Numbered from the stretch's first letter, positions 30,683 through 41,704 are shown. The stretch: DNA of 64,000 bases from Promethearchaeota archaeon (GCA_016839555.1 JAEOUA010000001.1:96001-160000); one strand, 5' to 3'. Notes: generated from the sequence alone by a model not told the origin. Numbers and translations are program-made.

Positions 30683-31753
30683 ATGAATTTCATGGAATAC
30701 GGAAAATTATATATTTCAAAAATAAACGAAATGATAAAGGACTTCTTTGTAAGAAAAATTAACTCCATTCAAAATGCCTTTCTTAAGAATTATTATTCTG
30801 AATTAAAAGATTATTTTTTAGCTGGTGGGAAAAGAATACGTCCATTATTGTGTATCGCCGCCTATAATGCCTTTACTAAGGAAAAAAGTGATATGATTTT
30901 AGTCCCTTCTGTAGGAACGGAATTTTTGCATAATGCGTCATTAGTACATGATGATATTATAGATCGTGATCAATATAGAAGGGGTGAATTGGCATTTCAT
31001 TATCGATATCAAGAATATTATAGTAGATATGACTTAAAAAAGATGTCTAAAGAGGAATTTGGCAATTCTATTGGAATAATAGGAGGAGATTCCGCATTTT
31101 TTATTGGATTGGAACCTTATTTGTATAATCAGTTTGATAATAAACTAAATCTTGAAGCTATCAGCCTTTATAAACAAGCTTTTATTGAAATTTCTAATGG
31201 TGTTTTAATAGAAACCGAAATGCAAACAAGCAAACGAGATATTTCTATGGATGAATATATAGAGATGGTATCTCTGAAAACAGGAGCACTCTTAGAAAAA
31301 TCAATTTTAATAGGGGCTAGTTACGCCCAAGCAGAGGAACCTCATAAAAAATTATTAAGTATTTATGGGATGAATTTAGGAATAATTTTTCAAATTAAGG
31401 ATGACATTCTTGGGACATTTGGAGATGAAGAAAAGACTGGAAAACCTGCAGACAGTGATATAAAAGAAGGGAAAAAAACATGCCTATTCATAGAAGCTTT
31501 AAACAAATTGGATAAAAACTCTAAACAAACTTTGTCCCAAATCATGGAAAAAGATCATATTTCTGATGAAGATGTAAACATTGTAAAAGAATTATATTCT
31601 CAAGCAGACGTGGTTTCTTCTTGTAAAAAGTTGGCGAATTCATATTATCAAGAAGCAAAACAGTCATTAAATTCTTTAAAATCTATAATAAACGAAGAAG
31701 AAGCAGAATTATTTGATAGTCTGCTTACCTTTGTAGCAGAAAGAGAATTTTAA
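30683..31753 (+). CDS. trans-Polyprenyl diphosphate synthase (GGPPS-like)
   Basis: GGKRIRP, FARM HDDIID-x4-RRG, KTG, FQIKDDILG, GK-x3-SDIKEGKKT. Confidence 0.93.
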   Translation: MNFMEYGKLYISKINEMIKDFFVRKINSIQNAFLKNYYSELKDYFLAGGKRIRPLLCIAAYNAFTKEKSDMILVPSVGTEFLHNASLVHDDIIDRDQYRRGELAFHYRYQEYYSRYDLKKMSKEEFGNSIGIIGGDSAFFIGLEPYLYNQFDNKLNLEAISLYKQAFIEISNGVLIETEMQTSKRDISMDEYIEMVSLKTGALLEKSILIGASYAQAEEPHKKLLSIYGMNLGIIFQIKDDILGTFGDEEKTGKPADSDIKEGKKTCLFIEALNKLDKNSKQTLSQIMEKDHISDEDVNIVKELYSQADVVSSCKKLANSYYQEAKQSLNSLKSIINEEEAELFDSLLTFVAEREF

Positions 31754-31777
31754 TCTCCATTTTTACTGAAATTTATT

Positions 31778-32572
31778 ATGAAAAAGCCAAATTTTGATTC
31801 AGATTCTATAAAGGGAGTTTTTTTTGATCTTTATGGAACCCTTTTTATTTATGATAACATGGAAGCGGCATGGGAAGATTGGATAACCATATTTTACCAA
31901 AAGTTAAAAAATAATGGACTTAAAATGAATATGGAGCAGTTTCGCTCAAAAACCGATGGATTTTTCTCACTTCCAGAACCAAAACAAAAAGAACAAGATC
32001 TCTCAATTTTTCAATGTCGAGTTAAACGATATACTAATGAATTAGGATTAGCACTGACTAATAAAAAAATAAAAAAACTATCCGAAGCTTGTCTTAATGC
32101 ATGGCAAAAATATGTATTAATAGACCCTAATGTGGCTCCATTACTTAAAGAGTTACAGAAATTCAAAAAATTAGCGTTAATTTCTAAATTTGATCACCCG
32201 CCTCATTTATACAATATTCTAAGAACAAATGAAATATTAGATTATTTTGATTATATAGTTATTTCTGGAGAAGTAGGTATTAAAAAACCAAATCCAGAGA
32301 TCTTTTCTTTCGCACTCAAAGAGTTAAACCTTTCTCCCTCTGAGGTTATTTATATTGGAGATGCCCCTGAAGACATTCACGCCGCTCAATCTGCCAATAT
32401 AATTCCCATTATAATAAAAAGGAAAAATCTAGAACATTATTCACTCCAAACTGATTTTAAAAATAATGGCTACTCTCCTAATTTAAATTTACCAAATTAT
32501 CAGAATGCATTTCATATTAATGCTTTAACAGATCTTTATGAGATTTTTAAGCTCAATAGATATAAAAGTTAG
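31778..32572 (+). CDS. HAD-IA hydrolase
   Basis: FDLYGTL, KKPNPEIF, YIGDAPEDI. Confidence 0.88.
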   Translation: MKKPNFDSDSIKGVFFDLYGTLFIYDNMEAAWEDWITIFYQKLKNNGLKMNMEQFRSKTDGFFSLPEPKQKEQDLSIFQCRVKRYTNELGLALTNKKIKKLSEACLNAWQKYVLIDPNVAPLLKELQKFKKLALISKFDHPPHLYNILRTNEILDYFDYIVISGEVGIKKPNPEIFSFALKELNLSPSEVIYIGDAPEDIHAAQSANIIPIIIKRKNLEHYSLQTDFKNNGYSPNLNLPNYQNAFHINALTDLYEIFKLNRYKS

Positions 32573-33296
32573 GAAATGCAATCCTCATCGGAAATCCCTT
32601 CATATCAAATTCATAAGACTTGGGAAAGAAATTTAAAGCAGATTTTCCTTTAGAAGCAGAAACTGCCAAGACCCATGCATCTAAAACATCATCAATTGCC
32701 AAATCATTTCTCTTGAAATTATTTTTAGCAAAATCTAAAGGATTTTTTTTGAAATTATTAAAAGAATTTAGAAGGGTGAATCTTTGTTCTATGCCTTTTT
32801 GAGTTTTTTTATAAAATCCCAATGGTTTCTTATTTTTTAAAGCAGTAAAACAAACTTCAGGATGGCTTTCAATTATTATATCAGAAGCTTGATGATCTTT
32901 TTTAAGAAGTGTATCCACTTCTTTGATTTTAGACATAATATTATAAGTTTGCTTCGATAGTCCTTTTCCGGTTAATTCTCTGTTAATATTATTAGCTTCT
33001 TGGTATGAAGAAGCATCTAAAGCTTTCCTACAAGGAGTTGGAAATATTGAAGAGGATCTTTTTTTAGTTAAATATATACGAGCAGCCGTATCGCACAACC
33101 TTGCTTTAGCACCTTCAGATCTTAACCCAATTGGTATATCTATAAGGATTAATTTAGAATCATAATATTTTTTCCATAAAGAGTTTATATTTCTAAAAAT
33201 TTCTATATTCCATTGTTTCTGATTAAGGATAAAACTCACCCAACCATAAGAACAAGAATCAATGCCTAAATAAGTATTATCCGTCATAATTTTCAT
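32553..33296 (-). CDS. DUF429 family putative RNase H-fold nuclease
   Basis: GIDSCSYGW, IDIPIGL, ESHPEVCF, DDVLDA. Confidence 0.85.
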   Translation of the reverse strand: MKIMTDNTYLGIDSCSYGWVSFILNQKQWNIEIFRNINSLWKKYYDSKLILIDIPIGLRSEGAKARLCDTAARIYLTKKRSSSIFPTPCRKALDASSYQEANNINRELTGKGLSKQTYNIMSKIKEVDTLLKKDHQASDIIIESHPEVCFTALKNKKPLGFYKKTQKGIEQRFTLLNSFNNFKKNPLDFAKNNFKRNDLAIDDVLDAWVLAVSASKGKSALNFFPKSYEFDMKGFPMRIAFPNFYIY

Positions 33297-33320
33297 ACAA
33301 AATAAAAGATATAAAGTGTT

Positions 33321-34778
33321 TTAATTTTGCTGTGAATGAACAGGTGCGGGGATTCGCCCTCGCCTGTTAATAAATCTCTCACATGATACGTTTTTTACCG
33401 GCATGACTACAGATTCACCCAATAATCCACCAAACTTAACCTCTTCACCTACATTCTTTCCAATGACAGGTATTATTCTTACTCCCATTGTTTTATTATT
33501 AATCATCCCAATTGCCATTGCGTCAGCAATAATTCCAGAAATGGCAGTGGGAAAGGTTGAACCTGGAATACAAATCATATCTAATCCTACAGAACAAACA
33601 GAAGTCATCGCTTCAAGTTTCTCTATTGTTAAAATCCCCTTACGAGCTGCATCTGTCATTATTTTGTCTTCACTAACAGGAATAAACGCCCCAGATAAAC
33701 CTCCTACATAAGAGGATGCCATTAACCCTCCTTTTTTAACGGCGTCTGTTAATAATGCTAATGCAGCGGTAGTTCCTGGACATCCGGTAGTTTCTAATCC
33801 CATGTCTTCTAAAATACCTGCCACGCTGTCAAATGGTCTAGTTGTTGGAGCTAATGATAAATCTACTATACCAAAAGGTACATCCAACCTTTTTGAAGCT
33901 TCCTGAGCTACTAACTGCCCCATTCTTGTGATTTTAAATGCTGTTTTCTTTATTCTTTCTGCTAATTGTTCAAAATCAGAATTTTCCTCATTTTTCACCA
34001 CATTTCTAATAACTCCTGGTCCTGATACTCCCACATTGATACAAGATTCTGCTTCTCCGATTCCATGGAATCCTCCAGCCATAAATGGATTATCTTCGAC
34101 TGCATTGGCAAATACAATTAATTTAGCGCATCCTATTGAATTTTTATTTTGAGTTTTTTTTGCTATTTTATGAATAATATCTCCCATCATTTTTACAGCA
34201 TTCATATTCATCCCAGATCGAGTTGAAGCTACATTTACAGAACCGCACACTCTTTCTGTTGATGATAATACTGCTGGTAAACTTTTAATTACACAGAAAT
34301 CCGCACGCGTAAACCCTTTATGAACCAATGCTGAATAACCTCCTAAATAATCTATATTTACTTCTTTAGCGGCTTTATCAAGACTCTTAGCGATTTCTAA
34401 ACAGCAATTAATAATATCTTCTGATAATTCGTATGTTGATAATTGATTTTTATTATGTAAAGGGTTATTAAGAGCATTAATATATTCGAATGAAATTTCT
34501 TGTATAGATTTTAAATTTCCTAATATTAATGAAATTGGTGTAATCGTGATTCTCCTATTGATAATTGGAATACCAAAATCATCTTCAATAGAACTTGCCA
34601 CCTTGGATAAATTTTTTGCAAATGAGATTATTTTGTTTTCAATATTCTCTTTTATCTCATCCAAATTAGGAGAAGCACAATCTAATAAATTAATACCCAT
34701 TGTGATAGTTCTAACATCAAGCCCTTGTTCTTTTATCATTAATCTAGTTTCTAGAACCTCTTCAGGTGTAAAAGACAT
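33321..34778 (-). CDS. PFL/UPF0210 (DUF711) family protein
   Basis: DVRTITMGI, NAVEDNPFMAG, GVSGPG, DLSLAP, MTSVCSVGLDM, RIPAP. Confidence 0.92.
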   Translation of the reverse strand: MSFTPEEVLETRLMIKEQGLDVRTITMGINLLDCASPNLDEIKENIENKIISFAKNLSKVASSIEDDFGIPIINRRITITPISLILGNLKSIQEISFEYINALNNPLHNKNQLSTYELSEDIINCCLEIAKSLDKAAKEVNIDYLGGYSALVHKGFTRADFCVIKSLPAVLSSTERVCGSVNVASTRSGMNMNAVKMMGDIIHKIAKKTQNKNSIGCAKLIVFANAVEDNPFMAGGFHGIGEAESCINVGVSGPGVIRNVVKNEENSDFEQLAERIKKTAFKITRMGQLVAQEASKRLDVPFGIVDLSLAPTTRPFDSVAGILEDMGLETTGCPGTTAALALLTDAVKKGGLMASSYVGGLSGAFIPVSEDKIMTDAARKGILTIEKLEAMTSVCSVGLDMICIPGSTFPTAISGIIADAMAIGMINNKTMGVRIIPVIGKNVGEEVKFGGLLGESVVMPVKNVSCERFINRRGRIPAPVHSQQN

Positions 34779-34792
34779 ATACGATCACTCCC

Positions 34793-35062
34793 TTAAATTC
34801 TATGCATTATACGAAAGACATCCTCATGTTGAATTGAAATGAAAACTCCAATTTCATCACCCGCCTTTTGAAGATCTTCATTAACTTCTTTTAAGATCGA
34901 ATTGCTTGTTTCAAAATCTACAACCATTATCATAGTAAAGAATTCTTTCGCATAAGATTGAGATATATCAGTTATATTAACATTATGTTGAGCTAGAATT
35001 GTTGAAACTGTTGCAACAATTCCGGGTTTATCCAATCCAATTACACTAACGATTGCTTTCAT
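34793..35062 (-). CDS. ACT-domain protein (UPF0237)
   Basis: VIGLDKPGIVA, NITDISQ, QHEDVFRIMHRI; canonical partner of DUF711. Confidence 0.92.
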   Translation of the reverse strand: MKAIVSVIGLDKPGIVATVSTILAQHNVNITDISQSYAKEFFTMIMVVDFETSNSILKEVNEDLQKAGDEIGVFISIQHEDVFRIMHRI

Positions 35063-35333
35063 TTTAATAACAACAAATTTTTATTAATATTATAAATTCA
35101 TTCGAAGTTTATCAGCTTTATGGTCTAAAAAATAGTATTAGTTAGAATTAATTAGAAATTGAGATTAATTTCTTATATCATGTTATTTATTAAATTTTAA
35201 ATATTGAATTTAGGGATTTCATAGAATAAAATGATAATTAGGAATGAATTTTAAATATTTTTGCCCTCCTTTAATAATTCTAATTCTTTTTCCGATAAAA
35301 AACCTTTAAACTTAATTATATCTTCTATTTTTG

Positions 35334-35882
35334 CTAAGAGTTCGGTGTTAGTTTTAGCATCTGATAATTTCTTTTAAGCTTATTAATTCTATTTTGAATT
35401 TCCATAATTTTATCTTTATTTGAAAATAACTCCTTTTTAACTTGGATATTATCATCTATTTTCTGAGTTAAATCAACTCTTAATTGATCTAATTCCTTAT
35501 TTCTATCATCTATTATTTTATTTATTTCTAACATTTTCTGTTGTAATTCAATATCGGTTTTTTTGATGTTTTTTAATTTTTCTAATTTATTTCGAAGTTC
35601 TGTCAATTCTTTATTGGTTTCTTCATTTTCTTTGTCTAATAGATCAATTATTTTCCCTTTATTTGAAAGTTCTGCTAATAATTCCTTTAAAAAACTCTCG
35701 GAATTGGCTAATTTTATTTTGGTATCTATGATTATTGCTTCTTCATTTTCAATGGTTCTCCTTAATTCCAGAACTCGTCGTTCAAGAACATTACTTTTAG
35801 CTTTTAGATCTAAAAGATAAGTTCCTTTTACCTTTTGTTTTGACTCAGGCTTCTCTTCTGCTTTATTCCAATCAATAGACAT
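35334..35882 (-). CDS. Hypothetical coiled-coil protein
   Basis: Heptad-rich, charged 182-aa ORF. Confidence 0.7.
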   Translation of the reverse strand: MSIDWNKAEEKPESKQKVKGTYLLDLKAKSNVLERRVLELRRTIENEEAIIIDTKIKLANSESFLKELLAELSNKGKIIDLLDKENEETNKELTELRNKLEKLKNIKKTDIELQQKMLEINKIIDDRNKELDQLRVDLTQKIDDNIQVKKELFSNKDKIMEIQNRINKLKRNYQMLKLTPNS

Positions 35883-36064
35883 TTTTTATAATTCCAAGTT
35901 TATTAACTAAAAAATATTTAGGCAAATTAAATTAATTTAAAAAGATTTGAACAAATGCCTATAAATAAACTTATATCTAAGATATAATATATATAAGTTT
36001 AAAATCTTATTAAATTGTTTATTAAAATACATAATATGCTGTATATAATTAAATGTGATGTACA

Positions 36065-36616
36065 TTGCTAATTGTTGCAATAACGGGTGCTTCTGGAATA
36101 GCAATTACCGTTAAAATGTTGGAAATCCTCAAATCTAAAAATATAGAAACCGAGTTAATTATATCAAAAGCCGCGACAAAAATTATAAAAGCAGAAACAA
36201 ATTTTGATGTTTCCGAAATTTATGAGCTTGCCACAAGATATTTTGATATAAATGATTTATCTGCTCCACCAGCAAGCGGATCCCACAAATTTGATAAAAT
36301 GATAATAATCCCCTGTTCCATGAAAACACTTTCCGCAATTGCTCATGGATATGCTGATAATCTAATAACAAGAGCTGCTGATGTTGCAATGAAAGAAAAG
36401 AGAAAACTTATACTTGCAGTTAGAGAAAGTCCCTTTAATGCTATTCATTTAGAGAATATGCTCAAATTGGCGAAATTGGGGGTTATTATTGCACCTCCAA
36501 TTCCTTCTTATTATATAAAACCTAAAAATGTTGATGAGTTAATAAATCAAACTGCCGGACGTTATCTAGACTTATTAGATATAGCATATGAAATTAAACG
36601 ATGGGGAAATAAATAA
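36065..36616 (+). CDS. ubiX: Flavin prenyltransferase UbiX
   Basis: AITGASG, PASGS, PCSMKTLS, TRAADV, KEKR, RESP, HLENM. Confidence 0.95.
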   Translation: MLIVAITGASGIAITVKMLEILKSKNIETELIISKAATKIIKAETNFDVSEIYELATRYFDINDLSAPPASGSHKFDKMIIIPCSMKTLSAIAHGYADNLITRAADVAMKEKRKLILAVRESPFNAIHLENMLKLAKLGVIIAPPIPSYYIKPKNVDELINQTAGRYLDLLDIAYEIKRWGNK

Positions 36617-36702
36617 AAAAAAAATTGAAACTGCCTTCTTTAATTCATAGTTAAATTCTTTAAAGAGAGCAATTGTTATTAATTAATAGGAAGAATTTTT
36701 AA

Positions 36703-37974
36703 ATGGAGTGCATAACTGTGAGATCTTTTTTACAAAAACTTGAAGTAAATAACTATGAAAAAACTATAGAAAGTGATCAATTAGCTAAAATTATTAAGGA
36801 AAATGGAGAAAGACCTACTAAATTTAAAATGAACTCCTTTAAATTTCCAATAGTGTCTGGATTAATCAATAATAGAGAAAAAATAGCTTTAGCTTTAGGA
36901 ATTGATAAAACTAAAATTATCTCTTTTATGATAGAAAAGCTAAATAATCTAAAAAAATGCAATTTAACTAAAAATGCACCTTTTTTAGAGAATAAAATTA
37001 ATCTTTCGCCAGAATTACATATAGATCAATTCTTACCAGTAATAGATTTCTACATGGGAAAAGGGTATACAACCTCAAGCATTGTTATCTGTGATTTCCC
37101 TGGAGAACAAAGGCAAAATGCATCTTTTCATAGAATGCTGTATCTTGGAGATAATAAATTTTCTATTAGAATTGTGGCACAAAGACATTTAGATAAAGCC
37201 TATGTAAACGCTATCGAAAATAATAGAGATTTAAAAGTGGCAGTTATTTTTGGGGTGCATCCCGCGATTGAAATTGCGGCAGCTTCTTCAGCACCTAATA
37301 TGGATGAGTTGGAATTAGCTTCCGCCATTTTAGATGGATTAGATGTGTGTCAACTTTCTAATGGAATCAATGTTCCTAGTAATTCTGAGTTCGTGATTGA
37401 AGGAAGAATAACAAAAAATCTTGCCCCCGAAGGTCCTTTTGTCGATTTAACGGGAACTGCAGATAAAATTAGGCAGCAACCTATTTTAGAAGCGGATACG
37501 CTATATTTTAGAGATGATCCTATTTTTAGAACAATTTTACCGGGTGGAAAAGAACATAGAATGTTAATGGGAGTTACTCAGGAGCCAAGAATCTATAAAG
37601 GAATTCAAAATACAATTCCCACTGTTAAAAACGTGATTTTAACACAAGGAGGCTGCTCTTGGCTCCATGCAGTTGTTCAAATCAAGAAACGAACTGAGGG
37701 AGATCCTAAAAATGCTATTATGGCAGCATTAGCTTCTCACCCAAGCTTGAAACGCGTTATTATTGTAGATGATGATATAGATATTGATGACTCCGATGAT
37801 ATTGAATGGGCAATAGCCACAAGAGTTCAGCCAAATAAAGATATTATATTTATTCCAAATGCAAAAGGGTCTTCTCTCGATCCATCATCTGATGATAGTA
37901 TTACTTGTAAATGGGGCATAGATGCTACAAAGCCGCTTAAGAATAATGAATCATTTAATAAGGTTGAATTTTAA
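36703..37974 (+). CDS. UbiD-family decarboxylase, likely anhydromevalonate-phosphate decarboxylase
   Basis: NASFHR, EGPFVDLTG, VDDDID, EWAIATR, SSLDPS, GIDATKP. The specific function is inferred from the AcnX/MVK/IPK context. Confidence 0.85.
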   Translation: MECITVRSFLQKLEVNNYEKTIESDQLAKIIKENGERPTKFKMNSFKFPIVSGLINNREKIALALGIDKTKIISFMIEKLNNLKKCNLTKNAPFLENKINLSPELHIDQFLPVIDFYMGKGYTTSSIVICDFPGEQRQNASFHRMLYLGDNKFSIRIVAQRHLDKAYVNAIENNRDLKVAVIFGVHPAIEIAAASSAPNMDELELASAILDGLDVCQLSNGINVPSNSEFVIEGRITKNLAPEGPFVDLTGTADKIRQQPILEADTLYFRDDPIFRTILPGGKEHRMLMGVTQEPRIYKGIQNTIPTVKNVILTQGGCSWLHAVVQIKKRTEGDPKNAIMAALASHPSLKRVIIVDDDIDIDDSDDIEWAIATRVQPNKDIIFIPNAKGSSLDPSSDDSITCKWGIDATKPLKNNESFNKVEF

Positions 37975-39104
37975 TGTATCTCACTAAGGATGAAGAAGCG
38001 ATTCTAAATGGAGAACTTGGCGAAATAAAAGCTAAAGCTATGAGAATTTTAGCAACTTTAGGTGATATTTTTGATGCAGATAAATTAATTCCCATTGAGT
38101 CAGCTCAAATTGCCGGAGTATCATATAAAACAATTGGAGATGCGGGTTTAGAGTTTCTCGAAGATTGGTCAAACACAAAGGTAATCATCGAAAGTAGAAT
38201 GAACCCTGCGGGGATGGATTTGAAAAACTGGAGAGAAATGGGAATTAGTGAAACTTTTGCTGAAAAACAATTAAGAATTATTAAAGCATTAACTTCCATG
38301 GGCGTAAAAGAAAGCTGTTCATGTACACCATATCATGCGGGATTAGTACCCAAAAAAGGCTCTCACATTGCTTGGTCTGAATCCTCTGCTGTAGTTTATG
38401 CTAATTCTGTTCTCGGAGCTATGACCAATCGAGAAGGTGGGCCTAGCGCGCTTTCTGCAGCTTTAATAGGTAAAACACCAAATTATGGACTTCATTTGAA
38501 AAAGAACCGAATTTCTGAAGTAGTTTTTGATATTAATTTCGAATTATCTGATTTAGATTATTCATTATTAGGGTATTATATTGGATCAATAGCAAAAAAT
38601 AAAATTCCTGCAATTATTGGTATTAAACACGCATCCAATTTACAATTAAAAGCACTTGGAGCTGGTGCGGCTGCTGGAGGAGGAGTTGCGATGTTTATGA
38701 TTGAAAATCTTACACCTGAATATGAAATTATAAAAAATCCTGAAAAAATTACTGTGGAATATGATGAATTAGTAAAAATTCAAGAACAATTTTGCACTTG
38801 CGAGCATCCTGATATTATTACTTTTGGATGTCCTCATTGTTCCTATGAAGAGATTATAGATATTTTTGATAAAGTAAAAACTGAGCAAGAAATATGGATT
38901 TGTACCTCCAGAGAAGTCAAGGAAAGATTTCAAAAAATACCAAATAACATAAAGCTTTTTTGTGATACATGTATGGTAGTGGCTCCTATTGAAGAAATCG
39001 GAATAACCTGTTTGGCAACAGACTCCACTAAATGTGCACATTATTCTCAAAATTTATCCAATCTTAAAACCTTAATTAAATCCCGTGAGGAACTTATATC
39101 ATGA
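37974..39104 (+). CDS. Aconitase X catalytic subunit, likely phosphomevalonate dehydratase large subunit
   Basis: QIAGVSYKTIG, CSCTPY, AWSESSA, TNREGGP, GCPHCS, DTCMVVAP. Confidence 0.9.
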   Translation: MYLTKDEEAILNGELGEIKAKAMRILATLGDIFDADKLIPIESAQIAGVSYKTIGDAGLEFLEDWSNTKVIIESRMNPAGMDLKNWREMGISETFAEKQLRIIKALTSMGVKESCSCTPYHAGLVPKKGSHIAWSESSAVVYANSVLGAMTNREGGPSALSAALIGKTPNYGLHLKKNRISEVVFDINFELSDLDYSLLGYYIGSIAKNKIPAIIGIKHASNLQLKALGAGAAAGGGVAMFMIENLTPEYEIIKNPEKITVEYDELVKIQEQFCTCEHPDIITFGCPHCSYEEIIDIFDKVKTEQEIWICTSREVKERFQKIPNNIKLFCDTCMVVAPIEEIGITCLATDSTKCAHYSQNLSNLKTLIKSREELIS

Positions 39105-39487
39105 GAATCAATGGTAATAAAATCGTTCCCGGGATTGTAAAAGCATTTTCTATTGTCAGTGAAAAACCGATTTCTTTTCTTGGTGATATAGATCCAAAAA
39201 AAGGAGTTATTATTGATAAATACAATCCCTTAAAAGGCGAATCCATAGTAAATAAATGTTTGATTTTTCCTTATGGAAAAGGCTCTACCGTTGGCTCCTA
39301 TATTATTTATCAGTTATATAAAAATAATAAAGCTCCAGCTGCCATAATAAATAAAAAAGCAGAAGCAATTATCGCAGTCGGGGCTATTATCTCTGATATT
39401 CCTATGATAGATGGGATCCCCATTGAAAAAATCCCTAACAATACAGAAATCCTCGTGAATGCCAATGAAGGATATGTAGAATTTTAA
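39101..39487 (+). CDS. AcnX swiveling-domain subunit (DUF126), phosphomevalonate dehydratase small subunit
   Basis: ISFLGDIDP, GKGSTVGSY, APAAII; ATGA overlap with the large subunit. Confidence 0.9.
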   Translation: MRINGNKIVPGIVKAFSIVSEKPISFLGDIDPKKGVIIDKYNPLKGESIVNKCLIFPYGKGSTVGSYIIYQLYKNNKAPAAIINKKAEAIIAVGAIISDIPMIDGIPIEKIPNNTEILVNANEGYVEF

Positions 39488-39511
39488 TAAAAAACAATCA
39501 TTACATAAACT

Positions 39512-40129
39512 ATGGAAACATTATTAAAGCGATTTAACCAAATATCAGGTGGAGTATTTGGAATTATATCGCTCGTAATTATGAGTATCATGGGAATCCT
39601 TTCATATAAATATTATCCTTCCCAAGAGTTCAAGCTGTTTTTATATGTTGTTAGTGAATTAGGAGCGGGGCAAGGTGCTATCTTTTTCAATGGAGGGTTA
39701 ATAATATCTGGTGTCTTTTTAATTCCTTTCTTTTTAAAGCTAAATACATATTTAGGTAAAGATCAGTCACAACGTTTACGTATAATATTGTTAATTTTAG
39801 GATTAATCTCTAGTTGTTCATATTTACTTTTAGGATTCTTTCCAATTAATATTATAATTCACATGTTTTTAGTATTTAATATTTTCTTCATCGGAATGAT
39901 AAATATAGTGATTTTAAATGTTCTTATTGCTAAAAACGATAAAATTCTTGATAAATTCTTGATAATATTTGGTTTAATATATGGAATCTCCGTCTTTTTA
40001 TACTTCTTCACACTACTTTTTTATTATACAATCCATTCCATATTTGAATGGTTTATGATTATCTTTTTTTCATTATGGATATTTTCTCATTCAATCTATT
40101 TAATAATCCAAAATAGCAGGTTTAATTGA
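39512..40129 (+). CDS. DUF998-like membrane protein
   Basis: VSELG-x4-A-x2-FNGG, GFFP-x5-H, FEW; about 5 TM helices. Confidence 0.65.
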   Translation: METLLKRFNQISGGVFGIISLVIMSIMGILSYKYYPSQEFKLFLYVVSELGAGQGAIFFNGGLIISGVFLIPFFLKLNTYLGKDQSQRLRIILLILGLISSCSYLLLGFFPINIIIHMFLVFNIFFIGMINIVILNVLIAKNDKILDKFLIIFGLIYGISVFLYFFTLLFYYTIHSIFEWFMIIFFSLWIFSHSIYLIIQNSRFN

Positions 40130-40218
40130 TTATATCTATATTGAATAATAAAAATTAAGCAACAATCTCATCATATTTTCATTAAAACAAAATATTTTGA
40201 ATATTTACTTCTATTAAA

Positions 40219-40602
40219 TCATTCATTTTTATTAGTTGAATCAATTGCTTGTTCAATAAAATAAAGCAATTCCACCATTTCAAAAGGTTTATTGATAAAA
40301 GCATAAGCACTCATAGATATTACTTCATATTTAACTATACAATCAGCACTTGCAAAAATAACTTTAGTTTTATTATTAATTTCCAAAATTTTTTTCATAG
40401 CATCTATTCCACTAATTCCGGGCATTCGATGGTCCATTATAATTATTGACGGTTTTTTAATGGAGCTTTTATATTTTAATATTGCATCTTGACCATTATA
40501 AGCAAGTTCAATCTCGTTTAATCCCTTTTGCTCCAAGAACATTTTATATAATGCTAAAAGGTCTTGATCATCATCAACAATAAGAATCTTTGGTTTAATC
40601 AT
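40219..40602 (-). CDS. Single-domain response regulator (receiver)
   Basis: ILIVDDD, MDHRMP-x2-SG, FASA, NKPF. Confidence 0.92.
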   Translation of the reverse strand: MIKPKILIVDDDQDLLALYKMFLEQKGLNEIELAYNGQDAILKYKSSIKKPSIIIMDHRMPGISGIDAMKKILEINNKTKVIFASADCIVKYEVISMSAYAFINKPFEMVELLYFIEQAIDSTNKNE

Positions 40603-40885
40603 TAAAGCTATCTATACCTACTAATTAATGTAATTTTATATGCTATTTACCTAAACCTTAATTCCTTATTTATAATGTATTAACAATTTTTAAATATATT
40701 CATTATATTTCAAAGATCATTTAATTAAAAGCAATATATAGCATATTTATAACTCTTAGAAAGGAAAATTATTCTATAATGAAAAAGAGTAATTTATTTT
40801 TATAATATTCTAAAAAAGAAAGCTTATAATTGAATTACGAAGAAAAAAATCATTTTATTTGATTTTATTTCTATAAAATTTCTTT

Positions 40886-41704
40886 CTATGATGGAATTTT
40901 AATATTTGTACATTTCAACTTTTCATTGTTAAGCGCTTTAAAAATATTTCCTTCTACTAATCCATTTATAATTTGAACTGGAATATTTAAAGTGCAAATT
41001 GATTTAATATTGTCAAGCTTTCCTTTAATTCCACCTGTTACATCTATTTTTTTTCCCAAATTAGCTAAAGGAAGACTCCCTATGTCATTACAATTTATTT
41101 CTTCTACTACTTCTATTTTATCTTTAGATTTGTTATAGAGGTAAATACCATCCTCTTCAAACGCAAAAATAACTTTGTTTATATTAAATTCTTTCAAATT
41201 TTGACATAATAAAAGAATTATTTTATCCCCAGAAAGTATTGAGAAATTTCCATCCAAACTGAAAATTATATCTCCATAAACTACTGGTAGAATACCTAAT
41301 TTAAGACATTGCTTAATAGCATCTAGATTGCAAAAGACTTCTCCATTATTATTAATAAAAATTGAAGATGTTTGGATAGAAAGAGTGGGTATTTTCTGCT
41401 CTAAAAATTTCTGAATTATATAGGAATTTAATTGGACCATTACTTCATGAGTTTTAGACAATCCAAAAATTTGATTTTCAATAGAATTTTTTCTGCCTCT
41501 ACTGATTTCATATTCTTGAGCGATAGGATGTCCAAATGACCCTCCTCCATGAACTATTATTAGTTTTTTATTACTTCTAATTATTTCATTGATAGAATTC
41601 TGAATAATTTCTTTTCTTAATGAAAAGGGTTCATTTTTTGAAGTTATTAAACTTCCTCCTAGCTTTAATATCATAATATCTTCATTTTTTTTCACAAATA
41701 ACAC
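40886..41704 (-). CDS. Isopentenyl phosphate kinase
   Basis: KLGGSLIT, VHGGGSFGH, YGD, SGD, DVTGGIKGK. Confidence 0.93.
   Translation of the reverse strand: MLFVKKNEDIMILKLGGSLITSKNEPFSLRKEIIQNSINEIIRSNKKLIIVHGGGSFGHPIAQEYEISRGRKNSIENQIFGLSKTHEVMVQLNSYIIQKFLEQKIPTLSIQTSSIFINNNGEVFCNLDAIKQCLKLGILPVVYGDIIFSLDGNFSILSGDKIILLLCQNLKEFNINKVIFAFEEDGIYLYNKSKDKIEVVEEINCNDIGSLPLANLGKKIDVTGGIKGKLDNIKSICTLNIPVQIINGLVEGNIFKALNNEKLKCTNIKIPS

Noticed and set aside
36065-37974. ubiX/ubiD as ubiquinone or aromatic-acid decarboxylation genes
   Set aside because: Direct coupling to AcnX subunits and proximity to MVK/IPK/HMGS fit the modified mevalonate pathway better.
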